NCBI GenBank assembly: GCA_951406725.2 | Contig: OX597820.1 | Location: 56,606,001 to 56,670,000 of the forward strand | Direction: 5' to 3' | From: Octopus vulgaris | Lineage: Eukaryota | DNA: 64,000 nt | Part shown: positions 26,452 through 42,077 of the stretch, piece after piece | Numbering within the stretch: the stretch's first letter is position 1 | Layout of the letters: every line of letters starts with the position of its first letter | The notes under the pieces: generated by a model | The model's input: the letters and a program-made list of their open reading frames with translations, nothing else | What the model was told of the DNA's origin: nothing | The model's database searches: none | Made by a program: the position numbers and the translations under genes

Positions 26452-29329
26452 AGCCTTGCCAACTAATTAGAATATAGTTAGCTGTGGAGGTCTAACAAGA
26501 CCGAAACCCCACCAGTCTACCTATATTTTCAAGAAATTTCTACTTGCTGGCCATTGGCAGAATTGTCAGACCATAGGAAAAAAAGCCTTACTGTGTTCTT
26601 TTCTGTCGAGGTCAACTTTGACCTTCATCCCACCGGGGCTGATAGAATAAGATAGTACTCTTGTACTAAGAATAATGGGCTTCGACAAACACCTCACTCC
26701 CAAATTGCAGGCCAATATAGTTTACCATATTGTGTTCCCGTTACCGAAAAGATTTTAAATTAAAAAAAAAGTGAAGCCAAATTAATTACTCTGAAACATT
26801 GACTACCTGAAAAGCAAAACTTAATTTAGCGTTAACATATTTAACATCCGCGTTACGTATATTAACACTAATTTAACTATTATCTTACATACAGATGATG
26901 AATCTGAGTAATTAAGAATGATGATGTATCTTTTAAACTATGCTAAATTTCACCCCAGGTATTTAGTGTAGCAATGTACCTTTACCGAGTGGTTTTTCTA
27001 ATCATTACGTCGACATGTAATGACATTTATATTTCGCTGAGGAGGACTCATAATACCAAAACATGTTTCAAGTGGTCTCTAGTACCCGCAGAACTGATTA
27101 AAATAAAATTGGTCATCGACTTAATGTATTTTTCTCGTCACATAATTATTTGGAATCAAAATGTCGTTGTTTACTACGTTATGTTAACACTAACCTAACT
27201 TTGGACGTATTTTAATTTAGTCCTGAGTGGTTATATATTACGATTTTTTGAAAACGAATAGCAAAATAAGTCATAAAGGTAGAAGATAAAAAAACAAAAC
27301 GAAACACAATAATGTTTTTACAAATATCAAGATACAAAATTGGACAATAAAAAAGAGGTGACGTTCTTAACCTTAACTGTCACCAGGAAAGTGATTCATA
27401 TAAAATAATTTTTAAAATATAATTATAAAATAAAAAAATGTTTAGATATTTTGTATTTGTGATAAATGGAAATTTTGAGTAGAGAGAAGGATGGAGAAAT
27501 ACAGGGAGAGAGAGAGAGATAGAGAGAGGAAGAGAGAGATAGAATGAGGGAAAAATGAGGTAGAAAGAGGGAGAGATATAGAAAATATTAATAGACGCTA
27601 TAAATTTTTCAACTGTGCGTTATGTTTTATTTTTTCTTTATATCGTTACTGTTTAACATTAGCGTCGCTGGTGATAGCTTTCCCTCGGGCCAATTATTGG
27701 TTAATTTTGTTTCTTATGCATGAATGAGTGACAAGTGTGTGTTTCTAACTCGATGCAGAACAAATATGACTAGGGACGTGTTTTGAAAGCACCTTCTGTT
27801 TCTTCCGCTTTTCTTGGCGAACCACACACACACACACGCACACACACGCGCACATGCACGCACGCGCACACATACATACACACACACATACGCACTCGCA
27901 CAATAAGACTACGCTTTAATAAAATAATAATGCTTCTTACGTGTACAATGTATATTTATTGATTTAAATTTTGACGTTTAAAGTGGCCCAAAGGTTATTG
28001 TGTCTTTTATAAATTGTAACAACACTAACTAAATTAAATAGTTCAAAATTAAATTAGTGTTAACATAATTAATAAATGAACATCGACAGTCCAATTAGAA
28101 ATAATTATGCAGCGAGGAAAAGACATAAGTTAAATGATCAAAATTATTTTAATTAATCTGTTGACATATTTCACTGGAGAGAACTTCGAACATGTTTCGG
28201 TATTATCAATCCTCCTCGGCGGATCACAGACGTTACTGTACTTGCCGATGTAATGGTTGGAAAAACTACTCAGTAGTAGTACAATATTATGCTTAAAAAG
28301 TTGGGGAAAATTAAACATGTTTTACAAAACTAAAGCTCTTTATATTCTGAGCTTAATTACTCAGAGACGCCATCTGTATGAAAAAACAATAGTTAGATTT
28401 GTGCTAACGTACGTAAAGCAGAGATTATTAGATGTTCATACTTTCTGCATTATATTTGTTATATGTTTGTGTACAACTTTTTTCCATCTTTTGTCTTTAT
28501 AGTGTTATTTTGTCGTTTTTATCACTGTGCCATCGGATGCCAAAATGTTCAATTTTTTTAAACATACGGTTCATATATATAAACAACAAAAGAAGATATA
28601 ACACATAAAAAAATCAAAAAGCAAAAACAGAAGCCAAAAAGAAATTTAAAATAAACATCTATAAAACAATGTAGAAATAATATTGTCCATTTGTATGACC
28701 ATATTTGGAATTTAGTTTTATGAAGTAAAATACATTTTAAAAGTGTTTTTAAAAACATATATGTGCAGAACTTATTTGTTATATTTTTGTCTTATCCTGT
28801 AGTTGTTGTTTAACCATGGGCTAAGTCGAAACAAGTAGATCTATAGTTGAACATTCCAATCTTGATCTCCCTGTTTAGGGGAATCTAGAACTACAGAAGC
28901 CACTGTGCTTTTCCTGTTCTCGTGACAGTATAATATTGTCATGTAGCAGGGAGATTTAGCTGCGATATCTTTCATAGAGCAGTCGCGTAAAATGTCTCGT
29001 GTTAATTTGCAGTTGTTTTTGTTGCTTGTTTAGTTCCCTCTTCCAAATCAGATATCATCTAATAGACTTATGATTAAAAGCATTTCAGCTGTGATCATTC
29101 TGAGATTTGCATTGCGGACTTTGGATAACACTATTCAATGTATTTTTGCAAGAAGATAATGAGTAATTTACGGGCGGTCTGGGTCCTATTCCTAGCAAAT
29201 CGAGAGGCTCGCTCTGTTCAGCCCCTTGCTTTTGCTAAAATATATTTGCAAATAAATTATTTGAAGTGCAGTATAAATGAAGCGATATTATTGTCTACAA
29301 ATCCTTGAAATGCAAAATACTAGAATACA

Positions 29330-30050
29330 TAGGATTTCAAAGCGACTGTTACAATATTTATCATCTGTCTTAATTTCAAAATAGTGCTCCATATTAATCC
29401 AAGAACTATTAGACGATCGAATGTCAGGAAAGTTCTGAAAGCAATACACAAGGAAATATATTAGTGAATTATTACAATCTTTCCTGGATATACCATCGGC
29501 ACAATATTTTCCATCTTGGAACATATGGTTTTTGTACAGAAAAACAAATGATTGCTCCTAAATATCTATTGAGAGACTCAAGATAAACATCGAAAAAGCA
29601 AGAGTTATGAGTTCACTAATGACATGTGGTTATAAAAGGATAACACAAGTTCTCTGTTGCCCAAAGAAATAGAATGTATATGTTCTGGAATAAACCTCAC
29701 CTCGCAGTAAATCATTTTATGACAAAACTATTTCGTTAACAAGCAATGTTTGTTGAACCCCAGAAAAGAGTTGATGATTGTAATTTTATTCACAAACGTG
29801 AGAACAATACATAAGTAGCAATACACAAATATATTCCGCGAAAATAAACGCCTACAGTACTTGTGTCAATAGAACAGACTGACAACTATTATATTGTTTC
29901 GCAGTAAGGCTGACCTGCACCTTGCCAAGAGAAAATATAAAAGCAGCCACGATAATAAAATATATTATGATTTTGCATAGCGTGGCTTTTACCTCTACCT
30001 TCCTTAAACAACATATATACGACTACAGCAAACACACGTACTAGTGGCCC
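29330..30050 (-). pseudogene. possible decayed class A GPCR-like sequence
   Basis: Hydrophobic frameshifted pieces RVFAVV, LCKIIIYFIIVAAFIFS, FIFAEYICVLLL, ILFLWATENL, FILSLSID, VPRW, LIYFLVYCFQNF and FLTFDRLIV; many stops. Confidence 0.3.
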
Positions 30051-31283
30051 TATACGATCCGGACATCATCACACTATGTCAGTATATCACGAGCTAGGAT
30101 AATGAAAAATATCAGCTGAAAATAACAATTGAAATGAATTCTTAATTAGATTTCTATTTTCAAGAAAAGACTATACCATGTTTAAAACTCCCGAAACAAA
30201 ATTATATTTGACCAGTATTGACCCGAGGTTTACTGAGTTGATTTTAACAGTGATCAGCAATATAGAATGTGACTATTTTCAACAGAGTAATGAGCCATCA
30301 ATTCGTTCACTACAATCTGGTTTCAAATCCTACCAGTGTCAAATTTACATTTCATCTTTCTGGCATGCATAACATAAAGTGAGAAACTTTGGGGATGGCA
30401 ATCTTAGTGGATCAAACAATTCTCTTTACAGCTCTCAAGCTTTCGCACATGTTATAACTCAATATTATTACTAGAATGTGACCAATGGGATGGATGAGTA
30501 AGGAGAAAGTCGGAGAAAATTCTTGCGATATTTAGTTAAAACATAGCTTCACACTCAACACGAATGAAAGTGGTTGCTTCGTATTTTCCCAATCCTTATA
30601 AAATATCGATTTGTTGATCTTATTATTTAGAACGAGTTAATCTCTGATCGAATTAACCTCTGATCAAGTTCAAATGCTTTCAGCTGTGACTATTTAGTCC
30701 TTTTTTCTTTTAAGGGAGTGGACTATATTATTCTACGAACAATCCGTTTTTTTCTTTCAATTTCTAGCCGTTCAATACACAACATAGACGGTATCTAGTT
30801 GATACCAAAATATTTACTTTCAAATAAATAGATAAAAAAATTAAATATTTTTCTACATGGTGAAAATGAAACATGTTAATATATATTAGTCTGCTTTATT
30901 TAAATTTAATTTGATTTTGTAGTAAGTAAAGAAATTATAATTAATCAAAAATCTCACCGTTATTCATGAAAGCAAGGGAGGGAAAACAAATATAAAATGT
31001 TCATTAATTAAAATTAGATATTGAACAGACTGAGGGATAAGTCTGACATTCCATAGTATGGTAACAACTTCGGATATATTTCAACCTCATTGGATCTCAT
31101 CTTCGAAACATAGTCTTGCTGTTACTATAGATTTCAGATGATTAGAAAGATATGCATGATTTTAGTCAACGAACAATGAGGAGGAGTTATAAAAAATAAT
31201 AGAGTCTGGAAAAATATATAAGGAAGCCTACTGCATGAAAATTAAATATTGTTAAAGATGGTTGTAAACTCTTAAAGTCTCTA

Positions 31284-32110
<827 letters not shown>

Positions 32111-32232
32111 AATATATATATATATATATGTAAATATATATGTATATATATATATATGGCGGTGCCCCAGCATGGCCACAGCTCATAAGCTGAAACTAGA
32201 ATCAATCAATCAATCAATCATATATGTAAATA

Positions 32233-32315
<83 letters not shown>

Positions 32316-32462
32316 CTGTTTATTTCCTCGTGTTCCTTTCTGTTGGAAGAGTGTAGGCTCGAAACGTAAAAGACTTTCTCACTTATCCGAGTGTCATACT
32401 ATGACAACCGCTTGTTGTTTATAGACCTGTCTTCATCTTTTGTTTTTCTGTAAATTTCAATT
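32316..32462 (+). mobile_element. short PLE terminal (pLTR) copy, inverted relative to 31421-31560
   Basis: Shared gtttattt...ttcctttctgt..gaagagYgtaggctcgaaacgtaaaagac...gtcttcRtcttttgttttt. Confidence 0.75.
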
Positions 32463-32483
32463 ACACACACTCGCACGCACGCG

Positions 32484-32593
<110 letters not shown>

Positions 32594-33798
32594 TCAGGTT
32601 GAGTAAAAAGTAAGCAACGTTTTGAACCACGAAGAATTTGAACCGGATTTTTGCAGGATTTGGGATGTTTTAAACATTTTTTGCAATTGTCTGATAATAC
32701 ATAGAGCTGCCCAAATGCGAAAATAAATTAACATTGATATTTTTTTTCACTTTGTTACAATCATCTGATTGGAATTGTCAAAGCGCGATATTCGAGCAAT
32801 TTTGCTATTCAACTTCAAAAAAGGACGTAAGCAGCTGAAACTGCTCGCGATATCAGCGAAACGGTTGAAATGGTTTAAACGATTTTGCTGTGGAGACCTG
32901 AGCCTTGAAGATCAAGAGAGTAGTAGACGCCCATCTGTCATCGATTACGGTCAATTAAAGACCGCCATTCAGAAAGATCCACGTAAAACCACTCGCGAAC
33001 TGGCAAAAGAACTTCAAGTTAGCCAGAAAACTGCCTGCAACCATTTACATGCGATCGGAAAATCAAAAAAGATCGACAAATGGGTACCACACGATTTGAA
33101 TGAAAATCAGAAAATGCCCAGATATGAAATTTGCTCGTCGCTTCTTCTCCGTAATCAGACCGATCCATTTCTCGATCGCACAGTAACTTGCGATGGAGGT
33201 GGATTCTGTACAATAATAAAAAACGTTATTTGCAGTGGTTGGACCAAAATGAAACACTGAAAACCTTCCCAAAACCCGAGCTCTTCAAAAGGAAGGTTAT
33301 GGTAACTGTTTGGTAGTGTACTGCGGGACTCATCCATTATAACTTCTTCAACCCGTTTACTGTAATATGATTACTACAGAAACATATTGCTATGAAATTG
33401 TATAATGAACTAGAAACTGCTACTCCTCTGTCCCAGACTGGTCAACAGAAGAGGGTCAATCATTCTTCATGACATTGATCGACCACACGTTTCACTAATG
33501 GTGCTCTGGAAGTTGAGGGAATTTGGCTACGAAGTTCTTCCTCACCAAATTTATTCCCCAGATCTTTCTCCTATCGACTACCACTTTTTCAAGCCCCTTG
33601 ATGGTTTCCTGTGGGAGAAGGATTTAAAAAATCAAACCGATGCTGAATATGCGTGCAAAGAGTTCATCAGATCAAGAACTCCAGATTTTTATGTTACCGA
33701 AACAAACTTGTAACTCGTTGGCAAAAGTGTGTTGATTGTAACGGTACTTACTTTGTTGAATAAAATTGTCGAAGTATATTGTGATGAATTCACTCAGC

Positions 33799-33802
<4 letters not shown>
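32594..33802 (+). mobile_element. mariner (D,D34D) transposon, decayed
   Basis: ORFs 32769-33260 and 33498-33713 carry WVPHDL, TCD and YSPDLSPIDY, with HDIDRPH just upstream of the second ORF. Ends TA-tcaggttgagt ... actcagcctga-TA; length about 1.2 kb. Confidence 0.92.
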
Positions 33803-33834
<32 letters not shown>

Positions 33835-34103
33835 GAAAAAAAAACCGGAACAAGAACGTAATAGGCGACAACAAAACATCCAGACAGACGATACAAAAAA
33901 AGGCCAAGAAAAAACAAGAACGGGTCATTCAGAGCTTCCTATCAGTCGAGTTCCAGATCGTCGACTGCTCCAATCCGGACGGCCCTAAGAAAATCTAAGC
34001 TACGAGCACTAAACTCCTTGGAAGAAAGCAAGCGAATGTATACGAAAACAAGGACGAAAAACCGGAGAAATGGTACACAATTAAGTAGATAGTTACGTAT
34101 ATG

Positions 34104-34159
<56 letters not shown>

Positions 34160-34162
<3 letters not shown>

Positions 34163-35772
34163 TTGCGGCAAAAATGTCCAGAACGGCATTGTTTTCGTAA
34201 GAAAAGTAAGTGTAAGTTTTTATCAAAGTAGTTTTATATTCTATAGTTTTCACAGACAATAAATGCGATATTAATTGTTATTGTCTGAGATTTTGGTGTA
34301 ATTTGAGAGGATAATACAAAAGTTATGGATGATTTAGTGATTTACTGCAAAACTCGTGGCGGCCAAAATGATCAGAACGGTTGAAAAAATAACAAAATAA
34401 TCAAAAATGACAGAGAATACTGGAATTATTTAATATTTAGTGTGAAGCCTTTTAGCTTCAATCACACTCTGACATCTTCGACTGCATGAGGAAATTAAAT
34501 TTTCAAATTCTTGCTGGGTGATCTTATTCCATTCTTCCTGAAGGGCATTCCATAATTGCTGTCGTTTTAGGATTTCTGGCGTTCGAACGTTCTCCTAGAA
34601 TATTCCATACATTTTCAATAGGATTGAGATCTGGGCTTGAGCAGGCCAATCCATAAGAATAACCTTTTCAGTTTTGAGGAAGTTCATGACCACCTTAGCC
34701 TTGTGACGTGGGGCATTGTCCTGCATGAATATGGGTGGTCGCTTAGTTGAATTTCTCAGCACAGGCAAGACATGATCTTTTACAAGTTGTTTATAAACTC
34801 CTGCATTTACCTTTCCATGTAATCGCACCAAAGGGCCCACACCATCTCCAGATATCATCCCCCAAACCATGACACTTCCTCCACCGAATTTAACACTAGT
34901 TTTAAGGCATTTAGGCGGCAAGTTTTTACCTACTTTTCTACGAACGTATCTTTTCCCATCATAAACTTAGATTCATCACTGAAATGCACCGTCTGCCATT
35001 TTTCTTGAGACCACAACGCATGTTCGGTTGCAAAGGTAAGACGACACTTTTCATTCTTGGAGCTGATCAGTGGCTTCACTGCAGGTGCACTTGCTTGTAG
35101 GTCATGTTCAACTAAACGACGAGACACAGTTTTTCGAGATAAATTTTTCTTCAATACAATGCTCATTTTCCGAGAAACAGCAGCAGCAGTTTTAAATCTC
35201 TCTTTTTTAACCAACTTTACCATAGCACGATCTTCTCTCTTGGTCGTTTTTCTTGGCCTACCTGTAAACTTTCTTGCTTCACACGAACCACAATCATCGT
35301 AGACCTTAAGAATACCGTGTACAACACTTTTTGACTTGTTAACAATCTTTGCAATAGATCCCATACTTAAATTACCCTTCCTTCGAAGCTTAATAATCTG
35401 CTGACGAATTGGTAACGGAGTAAGTGGCATTATATTAACAAAGTACACTGCAGATATTCTTACTAATGTTTAGTAAAGGAACCGTCACGTAAACAAATTC
35501 AAAACATTAGAGTTCGCCGGTTAAATATACTAAAACACGGAGTAAAAGCAACCGTTCTGATCCTTTTGGCCGCCATGGGTTTTGCGGTAAATCACTAAAT
35601 CAGCCATAACTTTTGTATTATCCTCTCAAATTACACCAAAATCTCAGGCAATAACAAATGATATCGTATATATTGTCTGTGAAAATTACAGAATATAAAA
35701 CAACTTTGATAAAAATTTATATCTACTTTTCTGACGAAAACAATGCCGTTCTGAACATTTTGGCCGCCACTG
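34160..35772 (-). mobile_element. Tc1-family (DD34E-type) transposon with ~225-bp IR/DR termini, frameshifted
   Basis: ORFs 34930-35448 (HTH, GRPRK, FSDESKF) and 34595-34921 (GGGSVMVWG, FMQDNAPRH). TIRs cagtKgcggcMaaaatgtYcagaacgg with inner repeats at 34356-34380 and 35552-35577. Confidence 0.95.
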
Positions 35773-36304
35773 TATATATATATAGTTGGCCGCCACTGTA
35801 TATATATATAGTTTGATAGATAAATAGACATACGGATTTCTATGCTCTAAACAAATGTTCCTCCTATTCCTTCACACACATACATACACACACACACACA
35901 CATATATATATAGCAAAAAAACAACAAAAAAAAAACGCATTTGTTCAGAAGATAGAAACGCATAAGAAAATAGTCGTGCCAGTACTAATAGTAGTATAAT
36001 GTTCATTTACATCACACATGATAATATTTGGATTTATAAAACATGTTTTACGGTTTTACAGCCGATGAATTGCCTTAGCAGTATATGCACCTATTAGATA
36101 AATAGGAATATATAAGAAGTGCGAAAAAGAACTGGCAAACTTTCAGAAGTCCGTAATATTGTAAGAAGGGAGCTATAAATTCGATTCAAGTTGTCAGGGT
36201 TTCGGCATTAAGAACTCGCATCCATTGTTATAGCTTCAAATATTCTCTGATATACATTAAGCCCATAACCTTCTTTGGATTATCTCCAGTTGCTATTTGG
36301 AATA

Positions 36305-36734
36305 CGTATGTATGTATGTATGTATGTATGTATGTATGTATGTATGTATGTATGTATGTATGTATGTATGTATGTATGTATGTATGTATGCATGTATGTA
36401 TGTATGTATGTATGTATGTATGTATGTATGTATGTATGTATGTATGTATGTATGTATGTATGTATGTATGTGTGTGTATGTATGTATGTGTATGAATGTA
36501 TGTATGTGTGTATATCTGTGTGTATGTGTATATATATGTATACACATATTGTATAAGCAATATATATTATATTACATATATATTACATTTTATATTGTAT
36601 GTATGTTGCATATGATTATACACACACACATATATTATATAATATAAATATGCTTATATAATATATATTATATCTATATAGGCGTAAACATGGATATATA
36701 TAGATATGCCTGTGTCTCTGTGCGTATACATGTA

Positions 36735-36782
<48 letters not shown>

Positions 36783-37513
36783 TAAGGAGGGCGAGAGAGA
36801 CACTGAAGATATATTCTGCTGTAATAGTTCGTCTATTATGGCATTATATAAAAAAAATCCATGCTTTGTCTATGTTTATAACGTTGATGATATCTATATT
36901 TTAAGCATTTCTACTAGAATATTCGAAAAACATTCCAAGATCTATTGAAGACCAGTTCTTTGAGAATATCAATTGACATGGTAGGCATCAATATTCGACA
37001 AACATAAACTTCTCCCTCTAAGGTACACACTCAGGTACACACTCAAATGAGTATATGCTTTCGCATTAATATACAAGTGTATGTGCGCTAATGTGTGTGT
37101 GTGTGTGTACGTGTGTGCGTGTGTATATATACATATATACATCTACATATCAATCAATCAAAATACATAGATATATATATATATATGTATATACATATAT
37201 ACATACATACATATACATAATTATATATACACATATATGTATATATACACATAAATACAAACATATATCCACACACATATATATATATATACATGCATAT
37301 ATATATATATACACACTTATATATGTATATATACACATTACAATTCTTTTTTTAAGCATTTATATCCATCAAACAATATCGTTTTATGAAACCTATACTA
37401 CACATACATATGCATACATACACGCTTACATACATACATACTTACATACAAACATACTTACAGTTGTACACACACACACATATATGTATATATACATATA
37501 CATACATACAGAC

Positions 37514-37548
<35 letters not shown>

Positions 37549-37619
37549 TGTGTGTGTGTGTGTTTGTGTTTACATCATAGTGTACATACACACATACATA
37601 TATACATACAGAGAGACAG

Positions 37620-37676
<57 letters not shown>

Positions 37677-37677
37677 C

Positions 37678-37708
<31 letters not shown>

Positions 37709-37760
37709 TGTATGTATGTATGTATGTATGTATGTATATATGTGTATGTTTGTGTGCATG
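36305..37760. repeat. (TATG)n/(TA)n/(TG)n/(GA)n microsatellite block
   Basis: Read directly. Confidence 0.9.
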
Positions 37761-38082
37761 AGTGTGCGTTTATGTCATAGTGTACAATGAGCTGACGGCA
37801 GCCCAAACCTAATTTGATATACGATACACATTTACAAAAAATGAAAAACAAACAAAAAAGGCAAAAAAAAACCCAAAACAAAAAAACAACAACAAAAGCA
37901 CCACCAAAACCAACGCAACCAAACAAAAACCCTGAACTTGAAAGTAAAAAGAAAGCAAAAATTAAAAGAAACAAAAACAAATGTAAAGCAAATCCAGCAA
38001 ATAAGTCACCCCACCCCGAAAGAAAAACGCATACCCACAAATGAATTGATTACTAAGCGATACAATGAAGTTACGTTTATAA

Positions 38083-38485
38083 TATTGGTTTCAAAGTTTG
38101 GCACAAGGCCAGCAATTTCGTGAGTGTGTGTAAGCTGATTACATCGAGCCCAGTACTCAACTAGTACTTATTTTATCGCTCATCGAAAGGATGAAAGGCA
38201 AAGTCCCCTCGACTGAATTTGAACTCAGAATGTAAAAACGGATGAAATGCCACTAAGCTAACGATTCTGCTAGTTTGCTGCCCTAGTTACCCTAATGATG
38301 TGCTCCAGCGTAACCGCAGCCGCATGGCCGAAACGAGTAAAAGAGTAAAGCTATTCAAAATCCACCGAGGTCGGCTTCGCCTTTCATTTTTTCAGGGTCG
38401 ATGAAATAAATACTAGCTGAGTGCTGGTGGGGGTCGATGTAATCGACTTACTCCAATCCGTGAAATTGCTGGCCTCGTGCTAAAA
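38083..38485. mobile_element. two decayed SINE B copies in opposite orientation (about 38083-38285 -, 38350-38485 +)
   Basis: Family B core is present on each strand. Confidence 0.7.
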
Positions 38486-39219
38486 TATGAAATTTATATT
38501 AACGAAGCTAAATATTACAAGCTTATGTAAACATATGTATGAACTTGTTTACATCTGTATATACCTCTTCGTATATGAGTTTATTACGGAAGGAGTGTAT
38601 GATACATATATGATTAAAGGTATGTTTCTATTTGTTTATGTTGAAACTAGCCTCTCAGGCTACAATTATCTGCGCAAATCTGCTTACTGAAGAATTAATA
38701 GAGTATCTTTATGTTTGCTGCTCCGTTGTTTATCGATTGCTATCCGTTTAAATGCCCGCAGTCTCTCTATTATTTCCTTTCAAATTCATGGGAAGAAAAT
38801 AAAGAAATGTCAACTGAAAAACTGAGTTTTACTTTTAGAATATTCAATATTGCTAGTGTATTTTTATGTACTGGTGGAGTGGTAGAAACTGCTTCAAAAA
38901 CTGGTCTCCTAGCTTTGCTAAATTTTGTAAGATCACTTTACATTTCAAGTTCAAATCCCATGGCGACTCTCAATTTTAATTTTCATCCTTCTTCATATGG
39001 TAAAACACATAGTTGATACGATGAAGTACATGGTTGGCGTACGATAATGTATTATTCTAATGTTTGCAAAAGCGTGAAAATTGAAGTTGGACCCTGCTGA
39101 AGGATTTAAACTTGAATTACGAAGTGATCTTGCACCCCCCCCCCCCCCACCCCCCCAAAAAAAACAAAGAAAGTCAACTTATTTTACGGCTGTTCTATCA
39201 CGCCACAACTGTCAAAATA

Positions 39220-39428
39220 CATTGGTTTCAAATTTTGACTCAAGGCTAGCTATTTCAGGGGATAGGATAAGTCGATTACATCGACCCCATTGATCACCTT
39301 GTACTTTATTTCATCGGTTGAAAGGCCATGTCGACCTCGGAGGCATTTGAACTCAGGACGTAAAGTGAAAAGAAATACCGCTAAGCATTTTGTCTGATGC
39401 AGTAATGACTCTGTTAGCTCGTTGCCTT
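39220..39428 (-). mobile_element. decayed SINE family B
   Basis: attggtttcaaattttg...gtcgacctcggaggcatttgaactcag... Confidence 0.7.
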
Positions 39429-41560
39429 ATACGTTGCAAATATTGAATATTCTTGATTCAATCAATACTGCTCTGCCCCTCGACTACGATTTTTTTCTTG
39501 CCTCAAGATATAAATAAGAAAAATTGATCACTGTACAATTTGCATATCATATGTTATAGTCGTATCTAGTTAGATTATTGTAAGTAGCTATTCCTGCTGC
39601 TATATGTCTATCACTGATCAAAATTATATTATGATAATTGTAGAAAACCAAGATCATGATTAATGATTAATTTTATCACTAAAGCTTAGCCGTGTGCTTC
39701 TTCGAATTCTACAAGACAGTTAACGGTTACATTTGATTATCCTTTAAACAAATTTTAAAATTTGATCACGCGTTAGAGATAAATTAATGTAAGCTCTTGA
39801 AACAATATTAGATTGAAATATCAGCATGTATAAATATAATATATATATACAAACGAAGAACAGAACTAGTTGTAAAATATTGTCTCAGAGAAGCATCCCA
39901 ACCAGGGTTGTGTGTTCAAATGCCGGGGACTCGCTACACTCATTCTGATATGATTTGGTCTCCCTAGAGATAAATGCCCAGCCATTCTGTGCTAAACCGA
40001 AAAGATTTGCTCCGATTTAGAAATCGGTAACCAAAATATTAACTGTTTAATTCGAAAGCTATCTCAGCTAAAATTAAATCAATATGCACTCATGAAACAG
40101 TATTAGATTCAAATAGCGGTGTGTATAGAATTTATAACGTCTATACAAAGATGGAACGGACCTAGCTATATTTTAACTTTAACTTTATTTAAAGCTGTTT
40201 AATGTCTGTACAACTGACACTCAGCATGCATACAGCAGTTTGAATCAGATAAGAATGCTGATACTCTTCTTAGAATTCATATTTCATTAAAATGGTAAAC
40301 TCTTCGATAAATAGGTTCCATGTAAATTACAAGAATTTTAGCTCTATATAGTAAATACTTTATTATAGTAAATAATATGTCGGAATATAGGTCCGAAGTA
40401 CCATTCAAATGGCTCACATAGATAAATTAGCTGGTTATCTTCCAATAAAATTGCTGGTCTACGCTTAACTACAAACAGTAACGTTCTAACACAAACAGAA
40501 CACTTGTGTACAATTAATCACTGCTCCGTTTGTATCAGATATAATTCTTAGAAGAAAATGCGCAAACATCTTAGTACAGAAAGTTTTCTTGTATTTCTCA
40601 GGGTTTAAATTTATGTCGCTGTGGTTTCATTCAAAAGTGCTTGAAACTCATATTTCTTGGTGACCCCCACGGCTTTTTTTTGTTGATATTCGTTTACGAA
40701 ACCTAATTCTTTGTTACATCAGTAAACTGTGCTTTTCATACAAGATTCCTTCTCAAGATCTTTGATAAAATGCGAAAAAATACATGCTATCCACATATGA
40801 TTTATAAACTTGTTTAAATTACTTTTCAGTTATATTTTTGTTATAATGTTTCATGTAGATATGATATCTATCAACTCTGTATCAGATCCGAGGTTTTTAA
40901 GGACATTACAAAAAGTTTTTATGAGGTGCCTTCAAATAGCAGAAAACAGTCATGCTGTCATTCATCTGGTCAGATATAACGAGTTGAAACCGGTTGGGCA
41001 TAGAGTTTTCAAGGATACAAATTACTTCGTTATGAATGATATACGAGTTGTGACTATTGAATTGATTTCTATTGAGAACCATTCTGTCTTTCATCTGCAT
41101 AGATACACTTTCCAGTTGTAGCTTTGTTTCTAAGAGTTCTATGAGTAGTGCTTCATGTAAATTTTCCAGACGTGCTCTCTTCATGTGAGGCGTGAATAGT
41201 TTTGATTTTCTTGTTTCTTTTTTTTTTAATAAAAACCTGAAGTTTGGATGCAAAGTCTATAACTATAATGAACCTTGTGTGTGCCGAAAATGATTCAACT
41301 AAGTCAGGAATTTCGCTATGAAGAATATGAGTTCTAAGTTGCTTCAATAGCAAGAAATTGTCCGGATACTTTAGCTTGGTTTACAATGAATGTGAAGCAC
41401 AGCCATGAGGTTTGAGTAGATCCCTTTCCAACCATGTGGACTCTGGTTCAAACGACTACATGACACATTCGGCACCTGTCTTCTATCACAACCGCTGAAA
41501 CTTGTGAAGCCCGTCGTTTTTATGTAGTACATATGTATGTATGTGTGTGTATGAATGTAT

Positions 41561-42057
<497 letters not shown>

Positions 42058-42077
42058 AATACATATATGCATACATA

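Noticed and set aside
28185-28222. Minus-strand ccgagga...gaaa-catg-tt hammerhead-like motif
   Set aside because: Mutated core and weak stems I and II; indistinguishable from chance.
40560-41380. Non-repetitive minus-strand ORFs (115 and 66 aa) that might be a decayed gene
   Set aside because: I could not recognise any family motif with confidence; a frameshift-aware BLASTX is needed.
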